DNA of 57,067 bases from the NCBI GenBank assembly GCA_030833185.1, contig JAURHQ010000004.1:1-57067 (forward strand). The letters run 5' to 3'. A program made the position numbers and the translations under genes. How positions within the stretch are numbered: the first letter of the stretch is position 1; the number at the start of each line of letters is the position of its first letter. The stretch comes from Gammaproteobacteria bacterium. GTDB lineage: Bacteria; Pseudomonadota; Gammaproteobacteria; Ga0077536. Below are positions 42,776 through 53,502 of this stretch, piece after piece. The notes under the pieces are model-generated. The model was not told the DNA's origin. It was given only the letters and a program-made list of their open reading frames with translations, and made no database searches.

Positions 42776-45607
42776 TCAGGCCTGCTTCTTCTTCCGGCTG
42801 GTTGCGGCGGGGGGGACCTTGAGCGCCTCGTCTACCAGCTCTTGTTGCTGCTTCACATGGAGCGCGTAGTAGCCCACAGCCGGCGAGGCCGAATAGGGTC
42901 TGGCGACACAAAGCAGCGGCACATCGACCGGGAAGCAGCCGCCGAGCAGGCGGCGCGACAGCATCAAGGACCATGCGCCCTGATTACGTGGCTCCTCCTG
43001 AACCCAGACCACTTCCGTCACGTTCGGATAAGTCGCGGCCAGCGCCAGAATCTCGTCACGCGGGAAGGGATAAAGCTGCTCAAGCCGCACGATGGCGCAG
43101 GCTTCGAGTTTGCGTTCGCGCCGCGCTTCCAGCAGGTCGAAATAAACCTTGCCGCTGCAGAAGAGCAGCCGCGTGACCCGCGTGCGGTCAATGGCATCGA
43201 TTTCATCAATGACGTTCTGGAAACCGCCTTCCGCCACGTCGGCGATCGCGGACACCGACAGCTTGTGGCGGAGCAGACTCTTCGGACTCATCACCACCAG
43301 CGGCTTGCGATATGGGCGCAACACCTGACGGCGCAGCAGATGGAACATCTGGGCCGGCGTGGTCGGGTAGACCACCTGCATGTTGTCTTCGGCACACAAT
43401 TGCAGGAAGCGCTCGAGTCGGGCGGATGAGTGCTCGGGACCCTGGCCGTCGTAGCCGTGCGGGAGGAACATGGTCAGGCCACAGAAGCGGCCCCACTTTT
43501 CTTCGCAGGAGGCAATGAACTGGTCAATGACGACCTGTGCGCCGTTGGCGAAATCGCCAAACTGGGCTTCCCAAATCACCAAGCCCCGCGGTTCGGAACT
43601 CGCGTAACCGTATTCAAAGCCGAGCACCGCCTCTTCCGACAGCGTGGAGTTGATCACCAGAAAATTGCCCTGATCGGGCGCCAGGTTCTGGAGGGGCAGG
43701 AAGGTGTCGCCCGTTTTCTGATCCATCACCACCGAGTGTCGATGGAAGAACGTGCCGCGGCCGCTGTCCTGTCCGGACAGGCGTACCGGATAACCCTCGG
43801 TCAGCAGCGAAGCGTAAGCCAGCGTTTCGGCAAAGCCCCAGTCCAGCGGATGCTCATCGGCCGCCATCTTGCGTCGTTCGTCGTAGATTTTCTTGACCGC
43901 CCGATGCGGTTCGAACTGGCTGGGATAGCGGGCGAAGCGTTCAGCCAAGGCCTTGATGCGGTCGCGGTTGAGCGCGGTATCGGCCGGGGCGCGCCAGTGG
44001 TTGTCGCGATAGGGGTCAAAGTTAATCAAGAAGCGGCTGTCGTTGACCATCGCATACGGACGCGACACGACGATGTCGTTTTCCAGCGCGTTGACGTAGT
44101 TCTGCTCCATGGCTTCGACATCGGTCGCGGTAACCACGCCTTCGGCCTGCAGGCGGTCTGCATAGAGCTTGCGAACGCCGGGGTGGCGTCGCACATGCTG
44201 ATACATCACCGGCTGGGTGGCGGCGGGCTCATCGGCCTCGCTATGCCCGTGTTTGCGGTAGCAGACGAGGTCGATGACCACGTCCTTGTTGAACTCCATC
44301 CGGAAATCAAGCGCGATTTGCGCGACCAGCGCGACCGCCTCGGGGTCGTCACCGTTCACGTGGAAAATGGGGGCCTGAACCATTTTCGCGACGTCGGTGC
44401 AGTACAGCGTGGAACGCGAATCCAGCGGGTCACTGGTGGTAAACCCGATCTGGTTATTGATGATCAGGTGAACCGTACCGCCCGTGGTATAGCCACGGGT
44501 CTGCGACAGGTTGAGGGTCTCCATCACCACGCCCTGGCCGGCAAAGGCGGCGTCGCCGTGGATCAGGATGGGCAGCACCTGATTGCGCTCGACATCCATG
44601 CGCCGGTCCTGACGGGCCCGCACCGAGCCTTCAACCACCGGGTTGATGATTTCCAGATGCGAAGGGTTGAACGCCAGCGTGACGTGAATGGAGCCGTCGG
44701 GCGTCTCGATGTCCGAGGAATAGCCCAGATGATATTTGACGTCCCCCAACCGCGCCTCGCGACTTTTGCCTTCAAATTCCTCGAACAGCTTTGCCGGATG
44801 CTTGCCGACGATGTTCACCAGCACGTTCAGGCGGCCGCGGTGAGCCATGCCGATGACGACTTCTTTCAGCCCGTGACGGCCGCTGTCCGCGAGCAGCTGG
44901 TCGAGCAGGGGGATGGCGCTTTCGCCACCTTCCAGCGAAAAACGCTTTTGCCCGACATATTTGGTGTGGAGGTACTCCTCCAGTTCACCGGCGGCGATGA
45001 GGCGCTCCAGCAGGTGGCGCTTCTTGGCGGCGTCGAATTTCGGGGTGGCGAGCGCGGGCTCCAGGCGCTGCTGAATCCAGCGTTTCTGAGCGGTTTCGAC
45101 GATGTGCATGTATTCGGCGCCAATCGACCCGCAGTAGGTCGTGCGCACGATGCGGTGAATGTCCCGCCGGGAGGCGCGGGATGGCCCGGCCAAGGACCCG
45201 GTGTTAAACACCCGGTCCATGTCGCGCGCGCTGAGGCCATGGAACTCGGGGTCCAACTCGGGCACCTGCGGGCGCTCATACTGCGCGAGCGGATCAAGGC
45301 GTGCCTGCCGATGGCCCATAAAGCGATACGCGTTAATGAGTTGCAGTACCGAGACCTGTTTGCCGTCGTCTGCATGTTCGGCAGGGGCGACCGCCACATG
45401 GCTACGGGACGCATTGGTTTGGGCAAACATTCTGGCCCGTACCGGCGCGTGCGGGACGTCGCCCGGACCGGCGGCGTCCTGCAGGCTGGCGAAATAGTGT
45501 TGCCACTGTTCGTCGACCGCGTTCGGGTCGGCCAGAAATTGTTCGTAGAGGTCTTCGATGAAGGCGGCGTTACCGCTGAAAAGACACGAGGAAGACAGCA
45601 TCTTCAT
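42776..45607 (-). CDS. sucA: 2-oxoglutarate dehydrogenase E1 component
   Basis: 943 aa ORF with the N-terminus [22 protein letters not shown] and a ThDP-binding region ([26 protein letters not shown]). Confidence 0.97.
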   Translation of the reverse strand: MKMLSSSCLFSGNAAFIEDLYEQFLADPNAVDEQWQHYFASLQDAAGPGDVPHAPVRARMFAQTNASRSHVAVAPAEHADDGKQVSVLQLINAYRFMGHRQARLDPLAQYERPQVPELDPEFHGLSARDMDRVFNTGSLAGPSRASRRDIHRIVRTTYCGSIGAEYMHIVETAQKRWIQQRLEPALATPKFDAAKKRHLLERLIAAGELEEYLHTKYVGQKRFSLEGGESAIPLLDQLLADSGRHGLKEVVIGMAHRGRLNVLVNIVGKHPAKLFEEFEGKSREARLGDVKYHLGYSSDIETPDGSIHVTLAFNPSHLEIINPVVEGSVRARQDRRMDVERNQVLPILIHGDAAFAGQGVVMETLNLSQTRGYTTGGTVHLIINNQIGFTTSDPLDSRSTLYCTDVAKMVQAPIFHVNGDDPEAVALVAQIALDFRMEFNKDVVIDLVCYRKHGHSEADEPAATQPVMYQHVRRHPGVRKLYADRLQAEGVVTATDVEAMEQNYVNALENDIVVSRPYAMVNDSRFLINFDPYRDNHWRAPADTALNRDRIKALAERFARYPSQFEPHRAVKKIYDERRKMAADEHPLDWGFAETLAYASLLTEGYPVRLSGQDSGRGTFFHRHSVVMDQKTGDTFLPLQNLAPDQGNFLVINSTLSEEAVLGFEYGYASSEPRGLVIWEAQFGDFANGAQVVIDQFIASCEEKWGRFCGLTMFLPHGYDGQGPEHSSARLERFLQLCAEDNMQVVYPTTPAQMFHLLRRQVLRPYRKPLVVMSPKSLLRHKLSVSAIADVAEGGFQNVIDEIDAIDRTRVTRLLFCSGKVYFDLLEARRERKLEACAIVRLEQLYPFPRDEILALAATYPNVTEVVWVQEEPRNQGAWSLMLSRRLLGGCFPVDVPLLCVARPYSASPAVGYYALHVKQQQELVDEALKVPPAATSRKKKQA

Positions 45608-45922
45608 CCTCTTTGGGAATCTTGGAATGGAACCGGGGGCACCTGTGCCGCTTGTCCGACTTGCGGACAGGACGCGAAGTTGTCGGCCACAGCAGCGCGA
45701 TCTTTGATCATCGTACTGGCAATGTCACCCGAATTGATGCGCCGCAGAAGCCCATCTCGGGGCCGCGATCCGTGCTGCCCCTCCGCGCCGCGACCATCGG
45801 AAGCGGTCTCAAGGAGTGGCTTGAAGCCCTTCCATACGGACGGGTATTCTTCCAGCCTTGTGCAACGCAACTAGTGCCAAGACCCATTACGCCCAGCCAC
45901 ACCAATTAGATACGAGGCGCCC

Positions 45923-47218
45923 ATGTCCCATCGAACCGTGATCATCACCGACCAGAAAACCGGCAAACAGCTGGAGTGCCCAGTCTATGAAGGCCAGTAC
46001 GGCGCGCCGGTAATCGACATCAAGAACCTCTACAAAGAGCTCGGGATGTTCACTTTCGACATCGGCTACGCCTCCACGGCGGCCTGCCGGAGCGCGATTA
46101 CCTATCTGGATGGGGAAGAGGGCGTCCTGCTTCACCGGGGTTACCCAATCGAACAATTGGCCGAGAAGTCGAGCTTTCTCGAAGTCAGCTACCTGCTGCT
46201 TCACGGCGACCTGCCGAACGCCGCCCAGCTCGAAGAGTGGAATCACGCAATCAAAATGCATGGCATGACCCACGAGCACCTGTCGCGGTTCTATCAGGGC
46301 TATCGCTATGACGCGCACCCGATGTCGGTGTTGGCCGGTGTGGTGGCGGCGGTGGCGTCCTACTATCACTCGTCTACCGACATCTACAACCCGGAACACC
46401 GCATGCTGACCGCGCGCCGGGTCATCGCCAAGATGCCGAATCTGGTCTCCAAGATTTACCGCTACGGCTCGGGTCTGCCCTTCGTTTACCCGGACAACGC
46501 CCGCGACTACATCGAAAACTTCATGTACATGATGTTCTCGTGGCCGACCGAACCCTATGTCGCGAACCCGGTGGCCCTGCGCGCGATGAACCTGCTGTTC
46601 ATCCTCCACGCCGACCACGAGCAGAACGCCAGCACCTCGACCGTGCGCCTGGCGGGTAGCGCCGAGTCCAACCCGTTTGCCGCTGTGTCGGCCGGCGTCG
46701 CCACCCTGTGGGGCAAGGCGCACGGTGGCGCCAACGAGGCGGTCATCGACATGCTGACCGAAATCGGCGATGCCAAGAACATCCACAAGTTCATCGCCCG
46801 TGCGAAGGACAAGGACGATAACTTCCGGCTGATGGGCTTCGGCCACCGGGTTTACAAGAACTACGACCCGCGGGCGAAGATCATCCGTCAGGCCTGTCAC
46901 GACCTGCTGCAGTCGATGAACCTCAACCAGCCGATGTTCGAGGTCGCCATGGAGCTCGAACGCATCGCGCTCGAAGACGACTACTTCATTTCCCGCAAGC
47001 TGTACCCGAACGTCGACTTCTACTCCGGCCTCATCTATCAGGCGTTGAACATCCCCACCAGCATGTTCACCCCGATGTTTGCGCTGGCCCGCGCCTCGGG
47101 CTGGATTGCGCAGTGGAACGAAATGCTGTCAGACGGCGACTTCCGCATCGGCCGCCCGCGCCAGCTGTACATCGGTTCCGCGCGTCGGGATTACGTGCCG
47201 GTCGCCGAACGCGGCTGA
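45923..47218 (+). CDS. gltA: citrate synthase (type II)
   Basis: 431 aa ORF with ILHADHEQNASTSTVR and GFGHRVYKNYDPRA. Confidence 0.97.
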   Translation: MSHRTVIITDQKTGKQLECPVYEGQYGAPVIDIKNLYKELGMFTFDIGYASTAACRSAITYLDGEEGVLLHRGYPIEQLAEKSSFLEVSYLLLHGDLPNAAQLEEWNHAIKMHGMTHEHLSRFYQGYRYDAHPMSVLAGVVAAVASYYHSSTDIYNPEHRMLTARRVIAKMPNLVSKIYRYGSGLPFVYPDNARDYIENFMYMMFSWPTEPYVANPVALRAMNLLFILHADHEQNASTSTVRLAGSAESNPFAAVSAGVATLWGKAHGGANEAVIDMLTEIGDAKNIHKFIARAKDKDDNFRLMGFGHRVYKNYDPRAKIIRQACHDLLQSMNLNQPMFEVAMELERIALEDDYFISRKLYPNVDFYSGLIYQALNIPTSMFTPMFALARASGWIAQWNEMLSDGDFRIGRPRQLYIGSARRDYVPVAERG

Positions 47219-47280
47219 CAAGGGCGCAAGACACTCGGTTAAACTGCTGGGCTCGCGAGCCAACTGGAAAGTAAACGACC

Positions 47281-48261
47281 ATGAAGAATCCCGTTCGAGT
47301 CACTGTGACCGGCGCCGCCGGCCAGATTTCCTACTCCCTGCTGTTCCGCATCGCCTCCGGGCAGATGCTGGGCATGGACCAACCGGTCCATCTCCAACTG
47401 CTCGAAGTGACCCCCGCCATGAAGGCCCTGCAGGGCGTGGTCATGGAGCTTGATGACTGTGCGTTCCCGCTGGTCAGCGGGATTGACATCACCGACGACC
47501 CCAATGTCGCCTTCAAGGGCACCAACTATGCGTTGCTGGTGGGTGCCAAGCCCCGCGGGCCCGGCATGGAGCGCAGCGATCTGCTGGCGGCTAACGGCGG
47601 CATTTTCAAAGTGCAGGGCAAGGCCATCAACGACCACGCCAGCCGCGACGTCAAAGTGCTGGTGGTGGGCAATCCGGCCAATACCAACGCCTGGACCTGC
47701 ATGCACTATGCGCCAGACGTTAACCCCCGGCAGTTCACCGCCATGACCCGTCTGGATCACAACCGCGCGGTTGCCCAGCTGGCGGCTAAAACCGGCGCCA
47801 AGGTCAGCGAAATCCGCAAGCTGATGATTTGGGGCAACCACTCCACCACCCAGTACCCGGATATCTCCCAAGCCGAAGTGCGGGGCACCAGTGCGCTGTC
47901 GCAGGTCGATCGGGCCTGGTACGAAAGCCAGTACATTCCGCGCGTTGCCAAGCGTGGTGCCGAGATCATCGACGCCCGTGGCGCTTCCAGCGCGGCGTCG
48001 GCGGCGAATGCGGCGCTCGAACACATGCGCGACTGGGCGGCAGGCACGCCGGCTGGCGACTGGACCAGCATGGCGGTGCCCAGCGACGGCAGCTATGGCA
48101 TCGAAGAAGGGCTGATTTACTCCTTCCCGGTCCAGTGCACGGGCGGCGATTACGCGATCGTGCAGGGATTGCCGATCGATGAGTTCAGCCGCGCGCGGAT
48201 GACGGCTACCGAGACCGAGCTGAAGGAAGAGCGCGACGCCATTCGCAAACTGGTGAACTAG
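47281..48261 (+). CDS. mdh: malate dehydrogenase (LDH-like, 326 aa type)
   Basis: It carries [23 protein letters not shown], the substrate-arginine region [10 protein letters not shown] and IWGNHS. Confidence 0.97.
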   Translation: MKNPVRVTVTGAAGQISYSLLFRIASGQMLGMDQPVHLQLLEVTPAMKALQGVVMELDDCAFPLVSGIDITDDPNVAFKGTNYALLVGAKPRGPGMERSDLLAANGGIFKVQGKAINDHASRDVKVLVVGNPANTNAWTCMHYAPDVNPRQFTAMTRLDHNRAVAQLAAKTGAKVSEIRKLMIWGNHSTTQYPDISQAEVRGTSALSQVDRAWYESQYIPRVAKRGAEIIDARGASSAASAANAALEHMRDWAAGTPAGDWTSMAVPSDGSYGIEEGLIYSFPVQCTGGDYAIVQGLPIDEFSRARMTATETELKEERDAIRKLVN

Positions 48262-48281
48262 GCGCAGTTCGCGCGTCCACG

Positions 48282-48312
48282 CTCCCTTTGAGTCCATGCG
48301 GCCCAAAGGGAG
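48282..48312 (+). terminator. stem-loop downstream of mdh (CTCCCTTTG - 13 nt loop - CAAAGGGAG)
   Basis: A perfect 9-bp inverted repeat begins 21 nt after the mdh stop. No T-tract follows, so intrinsic terminator function is uncertain. Confidence 0.3.
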
Positions 48313-48401
48313 CCGGACCCTTGAGTCTGGCTACGGAAGGCCGTAAAAGAACAAGCAGACTCCGGCGTGGCGAAATCGGGGAGGGGCCCGTGACCGAAGC
48401 C

Positions 48402-48920
48402 ATGATTGATCCGCAAGGCTACCGTGCAAATGTGGGCATCGTGTTGCTCAATCAGCGCGGCCAGGCATTCTGGGGCCGGCGTATCGGTATGTCGGCGTGG
48501 CAGTTTCCGCAGGGCGGCATCAATCCGGATGAAAGTCTGGAACAGGCGATGTTTCGGGAACTGCACGAAGAAGTCGGGCTGTTACCGTCAGATGTTGAAA
48601 TCATCGGCTGCACCCGCCGCTGGCTCCGCTACCGCCTGCCGCGGCGCTACATCCGGCACTCGCAGCGTCCTCTGTGCATCGGGCAGAAGCAGCGCTGGTT
48701 CGTACTGCGCCTCGCAACCGACGACGAGCGGGTTGATCTGCGGGCAGCCGGGGAACCTGAATTCGACCAATGGCGCTGGATCGACTACTGGGATTCCGTG
48801 AGCCTCATCGTCCCCTTCAAGCGCGCCGTCTATCTGCAGGCGTTGTCTGAACTCGCGCCGCTGGCAGCGCGGTTTTTCGATATCAATCCCTTCAGTCCGC
48901 CAGACGAATCGCTGTACTAG
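48402..48920 (+). CDS. rppH: RNA pyrophosphohydrolase (Nudix)
   Basis: ATG 48402 gives [17 protein letters not shown]. The Nudix box [23 protein letters not shown] is present. The upstream 38 codons in the track are rejected. Confidence 0.9.
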   Translation: MIDPQGYRANVGIVLLNQRGQAFWGRRIGMSAWQFPQGGINPDESLEQAMFRELHEEVGLLPSDVEIIGCTRRWLRYRLPRRYIRHSQRPLCIGQKQRWFVLRLATDDERVDLRAAGEPEFDQWRWIDYWDSVSLIVPFKRAVYLQALSELAPLAARFFDINPFSPPDESLY

Positions 48921-49297
48921 TGCCCACTTTTTTTGAGTGCAAGCTCAGGCATCAACATTTTCACCACGCGGTTTTGCGCGCTGTGCGCAAACTGGTCACC
49001 GAAGCCCGGGTCAAAGCCCGCCTTGACGACCAGAGCTTTTAATTCATCGATTACGGGCCGACAGGCGGTCATCGCTTGGTCTGCGGCCTGACGAATGTCA
49101 GGCAGGTTTTCGACCGCCGCCATCGCTTTGCCGTACACGCACTTGTTGTACTCGTTGGTCTTGCCCATCATCGCGATGCGTTCTTCTTCTTTCATATCGC
49201 CCGGGTCGCGGTAGCTGGTTTCAGCCTTCGCGGCCACACTGGCGCCGAGCAGCAGCGCGAGTATCACAAGCGGTCCAAGCGGTTTCTTTCCCTGCAT
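48917..49297 (-). CDS. hypothetical secreted protein (126 aa, signal peptide, 2 Cys)
   Basis: The internal ATG at 49297 is preceded by GAGGAG (5 nt spacer). The product starts [30 protein letters not shown] recognise no family. It lies 10 nt downstream of the previous small gene. Confidence 0.6.
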   Translation of the reverse strand: MQGKKPLGPLVILALLLGASVAAKAETSYRDPGDMKEEERIAMMGKTNEYNKCVYGKAMAAVENLPDIRQAADQAMTACRPVIDELKALVVKAGFDPGFGDQFAHSAQNRVVKMLMPELALKKSGH

Positions 49298-49307
49298 TTT
49301 TTGCTCC

Positions 49308-49691
49308 TCACTCGAAATCAGCACGCTCGATTTTCCAGAACTGGTCTCGGCCGTCGACCCGGTTGCAGCCCAGCTTCTGCCCCTCTTCGCCCGGCGCGAC
49401 GGCGCCGACGATCCGCGATTGCGGTACGTCCATGAAGTACCGCACCAGCCGGTAATGGATACTGCGGTCGGGGTGGGTATTGCGCAACACCACCAGTTTT
49501 CCACCCTGGCTGAGGATTTGGCATCTGCCGTCGTTCTGCGCCTCAACCGTCAGAAAATGCCGCGCCGCGGCGTCTCCGGCGAATGCCGGAGTGACGCACA
49601 GCCACAGCAGACAGCCCGCAGCACCGGCTCTGAGGCGGCCCCGAGTTACCCACATTTTCTGTGGATAAGTCTGTGCATGAATTGCGTACAT
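49308..49691 (-). CDS. hypothetical secreted protein (127 aa, signal peptide ...CVTPAFA-GD)
   Basis: ATG 49691 is preceded by GGGAGA. The product has a hydrophobic h-region and an AFA cleavage-type site. I recognise no family. Confidence 0.55.
   Translation of the reverse strand: MYAIHAQTYPQKMWVTRGRLRAGAAGCLLWLCVTPAFAGDAAARHFLTVEAQNDGRCQILSQGGKLVVLRNTHPDRSIHYRLVRYFMDVPQSRIVGAVAPGEEGQKLGCNRVDGRDQFWKIERADFE
49660..49668 (-). promoter_or_regulatory. isolated perfect DnaA-box 9-mer (TGTGGATAA) inside the 5' end of the hypothetical CDS
   Basis: It is an exact match to the consensus. It is a single copy with no perfect partner in the adjacent AT-rich spacer. Confidence 0.3.
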
Positions 49692-50044
49692 AGGGGTCTC
49701 CCGCAGGAATTAAGCACCTTGCCGGTTAAATTGCGCAAAAAGTAGCCACTCGCCTGCGCTCTATAAAAATCAATAAGTTAAGAGAAAAACTTGGTCTTGG
49801 ATCAACAAAACCAAGCGAGAGTACTGAGCTATAAATTGTTTTGCGCGTCGTTGTGTAAAAGCCGTAGTGGGAGTTGACCTCAGGCGTCGAAAGTCAAGCA
49901 TTGTGGCGTCCGTTTCCAGACTTTTTATCACCCATTCCGGCGGGGCCTTGGCCGGGCGTCGCACGGGCGACTTGCGATTCTGTGATTTGCAGACAAAACT
50001 TCAAGCTACTTAGCGCCTTGTATTGCATTGCTCAGATAAAAATC

Positions 50045-50584
50045 ATGACATCAAGACCCGCCAGAATCATTCGCAGCGCTGTCATGTTGGCCGCCTTGGC
50101 GATGCTGGCCGCTTGCGCCTCGAGCCCGCCGGCGCCGAGCCCGCTGGCCGTGGCGCCGGTGCTCCCCGCACCCGCGCCGCATCCGGACGTGTCCACCGAA
50201 GACGCCATCGATACGCTCGGCCTCGTCGCCTATGCGGCGAGTATGCAGGGCAAGCCCTACGTGGCAGGAGGCGAGTCACCGCACCGGGGTTTTGATTGCA
50301 GCGGTCTGGTGCATCACGTGTTCAAACAATTCAATTTCGAGCTGCCGCGCAATTCCTCCGCCATGGCTGAGCAACTCGATCCCATCCCGCTCGACAACCT
50401 GCGCGCCGCCGACCTCGTGTTCTTCAATACGCAAGGAAGCCGCTACTCGCACGTGGGGATTTATCTGGGAGACGGGCGTTTTGTCCACGCGCCCAGCCCG
50501 CGAACCGGGCGGGTAATCATTTCCAGCATGGACAATCGCTACTGGAACGGGCACCTGAGTGGCGCGCGGCGACCGGAGCCTTAA
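50045..50584 (+). CDS. NlpC/P60 (C40) family peptidoglycan endopeptidase lipoprotein
   Basis: ATG 50045 gives MTSRPARIIRSAVMLAALAMLAAC (lipobox). The catalytic motif GFDCSGLVHHVF and the His region SHVGIYLGDGRFVHAPS are present. Confidence 0.88.
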   Translation: MTSRPARIIRSAVMLAALAMLAACASSPPAPSPLAVAPVLPAPAPHPDVSTEDAIDTLGLVAYAASMQGKPYVAGGESPHRGFDCSGLVHHVFKQFNFELPRNSSAMAEQLDPIPLDNLRAADLVFFNTQGSRYSHVGIYLGDGRFVHAPSPRTGRVIISSMDNRYWNGHLSGARRPEP

Positions 50585-50588
50585 GCGC

Positions 50589-51692
50589 TCAGCGTGACCG
50601 GCGGGCGTAGCCCACGGCCCTGCTGTCCAGGGCCACTGCCTTGATCAACGCAATCACCGGCACCCCGGCGGCCAAGCCGAGTCTGGCGCAGGACTCACGG
50701 GTCACGAGGGCATGCAGGTGCGCGCCGGACGCATTAAGCAGCACATCCACGTAGGGGCCATCGCGAAAGGTCAGGCTCATCACCGTGCCCTTCACGCGGT
50801 TGGTGATGCTGAGGTCGATGGGGTCGCTCAACGCCAGCGCGACGTCCCGGGCGCGCAGGCGTGCCCGCAAGCGGGTGCCCAGCGGCGCATCCAACTGCGG
50901 CACTCGCAACTCCCCGCCCACAAAGCCGAGCACGCTGAGTCCAAACGCTTCGTCATGCGATTTGACCACACACTCCAGCACGCTGCCCGCCTCAAACCGC
51001 CCCAAATACGGCTGCAGGGTGGAATCTGCGATGAGCTCGATGAACGGGCCAGACGCCATCACCTTGCCCTCGGAGAGCAGCAGCAGGTGGTCGGCGATCC
51101 GCACCAGTTCATCCAGCGCATGGCTGACGTAGAGCATGGGTACCGGGCAGGCGTCGCGCAGGCGTTCGATGTAATGCAGGATTTCTGACTTGCGCGGCGC
51201 GTCCAGCGACGCGAGCGGCTCATCCATCAGCATCAGGCGCGGCCGGGCCAGCAGGGCGCGGCCAATCGCCACCCGCTGCCGCTCGCCGCCCGACAGCGAG
51301 TGGGGCCAGCGCCGCAACAACTGCGAGAGATCCAGCGCCTCGATAATGTTCTCCCACAAAGCCACAGGCCCATCCGCGGGGGCGCGTCGTGCGCCATAGC
51401 GCAGATTGGTTTCGACACGGAGGTGCGGGAAAAGTCTGGCGTCCTGAAACACGTAACCCACCCGCCGCGCCTCGATGGCAAGGCGGACGCCGCTTGCGCT
51501 GTCGAGAAACGCCTGCCCGTCAACTTCAATGCGACCGCTGACGTCCGCCGCGACGCCGGCGATCGCGTTGACCAAGGTGGATTTGCCAGCCCCGCTGCGT
51601 CCGAAAACGCCGGTGATCCCGGTGCTCGGCAAACTCGCGCGGGCTTCGAGCTGGAATTCTCCCCGCCGGGCAATGAAATCGAGTTCGATCAC
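50589..51692 (-). CDS. modC: molybdate ABC transporter ATP-binding protein
   Basis: It carries Walker A GRSGAGKSTL, the signature LSGGERQRVAIGRAL and a C-terminal TOBE-like domain. The proposed GTG start at 51692 overlaps the modB stop (GTGA). The track start at 51731 lies inside modB. Confidence 0.93.
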   Translation of the reverse strand: MIELDFIARRGEFQLEARASLPSTGITGVFGRSGAGKSTLVNAIAGVAADVSGRIEVDGQAFLDSASGVRLAIEARRVGYVFQDARLFPHLRVETNLRYGARRAPADGPVALWENIIEALDLSQLLRRWPHSLSGGERQRVAIGRALLARPRLMLMDEPLASLDAPRKSEILHYIERLRDACPVPMLYVSHALDELVRIADHLLLLSEGKVMASGPFIELIADSTLQPYLGRFEAGSVLECVVKSHDEAFGLSVLGFVGGELRVPQLDAPLGTRLRARLRARDVALALSDPIDLSITNRVKGTVMSLTFRDGPYVDVLLNASGAHLHALVTRESCARLGLAAGVPVIALIKAVALDSRAVGYARRSR

Positions 51693-52378
51693 GCCGGGCG
51701 CAACCAGCGCTGGGCCAAGCGGCTGGCCCATTCGGCAATCAGCAGGGCGGCGACCGCGAGCGACATGGAGATCATCACCAGGGCTTTCGCCGTGTCTTCC
51801 CCGCCCGGCGTCTGCAGGGCGGTGTAGATGGCAAGCGTGAGGGTGCGCGTCTCATCCGGAATATTGGCGGCAAAGGTCATGGTGGCACCGAACTCACCCA
51901 GGGAGGCGGCGAATGCCAGCACGGCGCCCGCCACGATGCCGGGCAGCATCAAGGGCAAGGACACCGTGAGGAACGCATCGAGCGGGCCCGCACCCAGCGT
52001 GCGCGCGGCGGTCTCCAGCCCCCGGTCAATGGCCTCCAGGCCAAGGCGCACCGAGCGGACCATCAAGGGCAGCGCCATGACGGCAGCGGCCAAGACGGCA
52101 CCTGCGGTCGAAAACGGGAGCTGCACCGCAAAGCGTTGCGCCAGCCACTCACCGGCCCAACTCTGACGCCCGAACAGTCCCAGCAGGCCGTAACCCACCA
52201 CCACGGGGGGCAACACCAGCGGCGCATGAACCAGCGCGTCCAGCACCATGCGGCCGGGGAAGCGATGCCTGGCCAACATCCAGGCCAGCGCGATCGCCAC
52301 CGGCAGACAAAGCAAGGTCGCCAGCGCGGCAACGCGCAGGCTGAGCAGCAAGACCGGCATGACGGAAGCAGCATCCAT
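51689..52378 (-). CDS. modB: molybdate ABC transporter permease
   Basis: 229 aa ORF, the same length as E. coli ModB. It has the motif LVLPPVVVGY and the EAA-loop region ETAARTLGAGPLDAF. Confidence 0.95.
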   Translation of the reverse strand: MDAASVMPVLLLSLRVAALATLLCLPVAIALAWMLARHRFPGRMVLDALVHAPLVLPPVVVGYGLLGLFGRQSWAGEWLAQRFAVQLPFSTAGAVLAAAVMALPLMVRSVRLGLEAIDRGLETAARTLGAGPLDAFLTVSLPLMLPGIVAGAVLAFAASLGEFGATMTFAANIPDETRTLTLAIYTALQTPGGEDTAKALVMISMSLAVAALLIAEWASRLAQRWLRPA

Positions 52379-52513
52379 GTGCGCATTACAACAACCGGCG
52401 CGCAGCTAACCAAGTGCCAGCTTGCTTGACAGTCTGAAGGGCGGTCGATTTACTCAACTGCTGGTCCCACTAACAGGCGGTTTGCCTTGGTCTCTCCTCC
52501 CTCCCGGCAAGAC

Positions 52514-53425
52514 ATGGCGGCTGTGCCGGCCAGCGGAAAGCGCGACACCGTGCTGGTGGTGGACGACGATCCGCTATCGCTGGATCTGGCTGCCGCGATT
52601 CTCGAAAACGAGGATTTTCAGGTAGAAATTGCCGGTGACGGCGAGCGTGCCTGGCACCGGTTGATCGCCGACCCCGAACGCGTGCTGGCGGTCGTGCTCG
52701 ACCGGCAGATGCCAGGCCTGAGCGGGCTGGATGTGCTCATCCGCATGAAGCAAACGCCGGCCTGCCGCGATATTCCAGTGGTCTTTCTGAGCGGTCTGGC
52801 CAGCAGCGCCGAGGTGGCGCGGGGGATCGCGGCCGGCGCGTTCTACTACGTCACCAAGCCCTACGAGCCCGCCATTCTGCGCAGCGTGGTGCGCTCTGCG
52901 GTGAACGACTTCCGGCAACGGCTGCGCCTGCGCAGCGATCTCGAATCCACCGCCAATGCCATCGGCCTGCTCGAGGCAGGGGTGTTTCACTGTCGCACGC
53001 CGGACGAGGCACAGGCCCTGGCCGAACTCCTGTCCAAGCTCTGTCCCCAGCCCGAGGCGGTCGTCACTGGCCTATGGGAGCTGCTGTTAAACGCGATCGA
53101 ACACGGCAATCTCGGTCTCGGCTACGCCGACAAGACCGCCGCGCTGGCGGCTGGCAACTGGGAATCCGAAATTACCCGTCGGCTGGCCCTGCCGGCCTAT
53201 GCGCGTAAGGTGGTGGTCGTCAAAATTGAGCGGCGGCCCGATGCCATCGTCTTTCGGATCACCGATCAGGGGGAAGGCTTTGACCCTGCGCCTTACCTCG
53301 ATTTCGACCCCGAACGCGTCGTGCACGCCCACGGCCGCGGCATCGCGATGGCGCGGCTGATGAGTTTCCAGTCCGTCACCTACAACGCCAAAGGCAATGC
53401 CGTCGAAGCCACGGTTGCCCGCTGA
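52514..53425 (+). CDS. response-regulator receiver fused to a GHKL (HATPase_c_2/RsbW-like) ATP-binding domain, with no DHp/H-box
   Basis: The REC domain shows VLVVDDD, VVLDRQMPGLSG, VFLSG and VTKPY. The C-terminal domain shows the N-box ELLLNAIEHGN, G1 DQGEGFD and G2 GRGIAMARL. The start is ATG 52514 (alternative TTG 52487). Confidence 0.8.
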   Translation: MAAVPASGKRDTVLVVDDDPLSLDLAAAILENEDFQVEIAGDGERAWHRLIADPERVLAVVLDRQMPGLSGLDVLIRMKQTPACRDIPVVFLSGLASSAEVARGIAAGAFYYVTKPYEPAILRSVVRSAVNDFRQRLRLRSDLESTANAIGLLEAGVFHCRTPDEAQALAELLSKLCPQPEAVVTGLWELLLNAIEHGNLGLGYADKTAALAAGNWESEITRRLALPAYARKVVVVKIERRPDAIVFRITDQGEGFDPAPYLDFDPERVVHAHGRGIAMARLMSFQSVTYNAKGNAVEATVAR

Positions 53426-53502
53426 ATCACGGCGCCTAAAGGCCCGCCCTCCCGGTCCGATAAACGACACAGAAGCCCTTGCCGACCGCCGGAGGTCGAC
53501 GC

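Noticed and set aside
43430-45874. 814 aa plus-strand ORF.
   Set aside because: It lies entirely antisense to sucA, whose product has unmistakable E1 motifs. Its translation is Arg/Gly/Ala/Val-rich and low in complexity with no recognisable motifs. This is a typical shadow ORF of a high-GC gene.
45613-45909. 98 aa plus-strand ORF, together with the 88 aa and 65 aa minus-strand ORFs, in the sucA-gltA spacer.
   Set aside because: They mutually overlap in a divergent promoter region. None has an SD or a motif that I recognise.
49692-50044. The low-GC 353 bp spacer plus DnaA box, considered as the chromosomal origin (E. coli-like, about 40 kb from dnaA).
   Set aside because: I found only one perfect DnaA box (49660-49668), and it lies inside a CDS. 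The best other 9-mers in the spacer have 2-3 mismatches. There are no gidA/mioC-type flanks. The dnaA-dnaN spacer is a better candidate.
52403-52419. A sigma54-like element on the minus strand (TGGCAC-TTGGT-TAGC, with GG-N10-GC spacing) upstream of modB.
   Set aside because: The -12 element is imperfect (TAGC rather than TTGC). It would leave only about a 15 nt leader with no SD. No enhancer-binding AAA+ activator is nearby, so it is probably a chance match.
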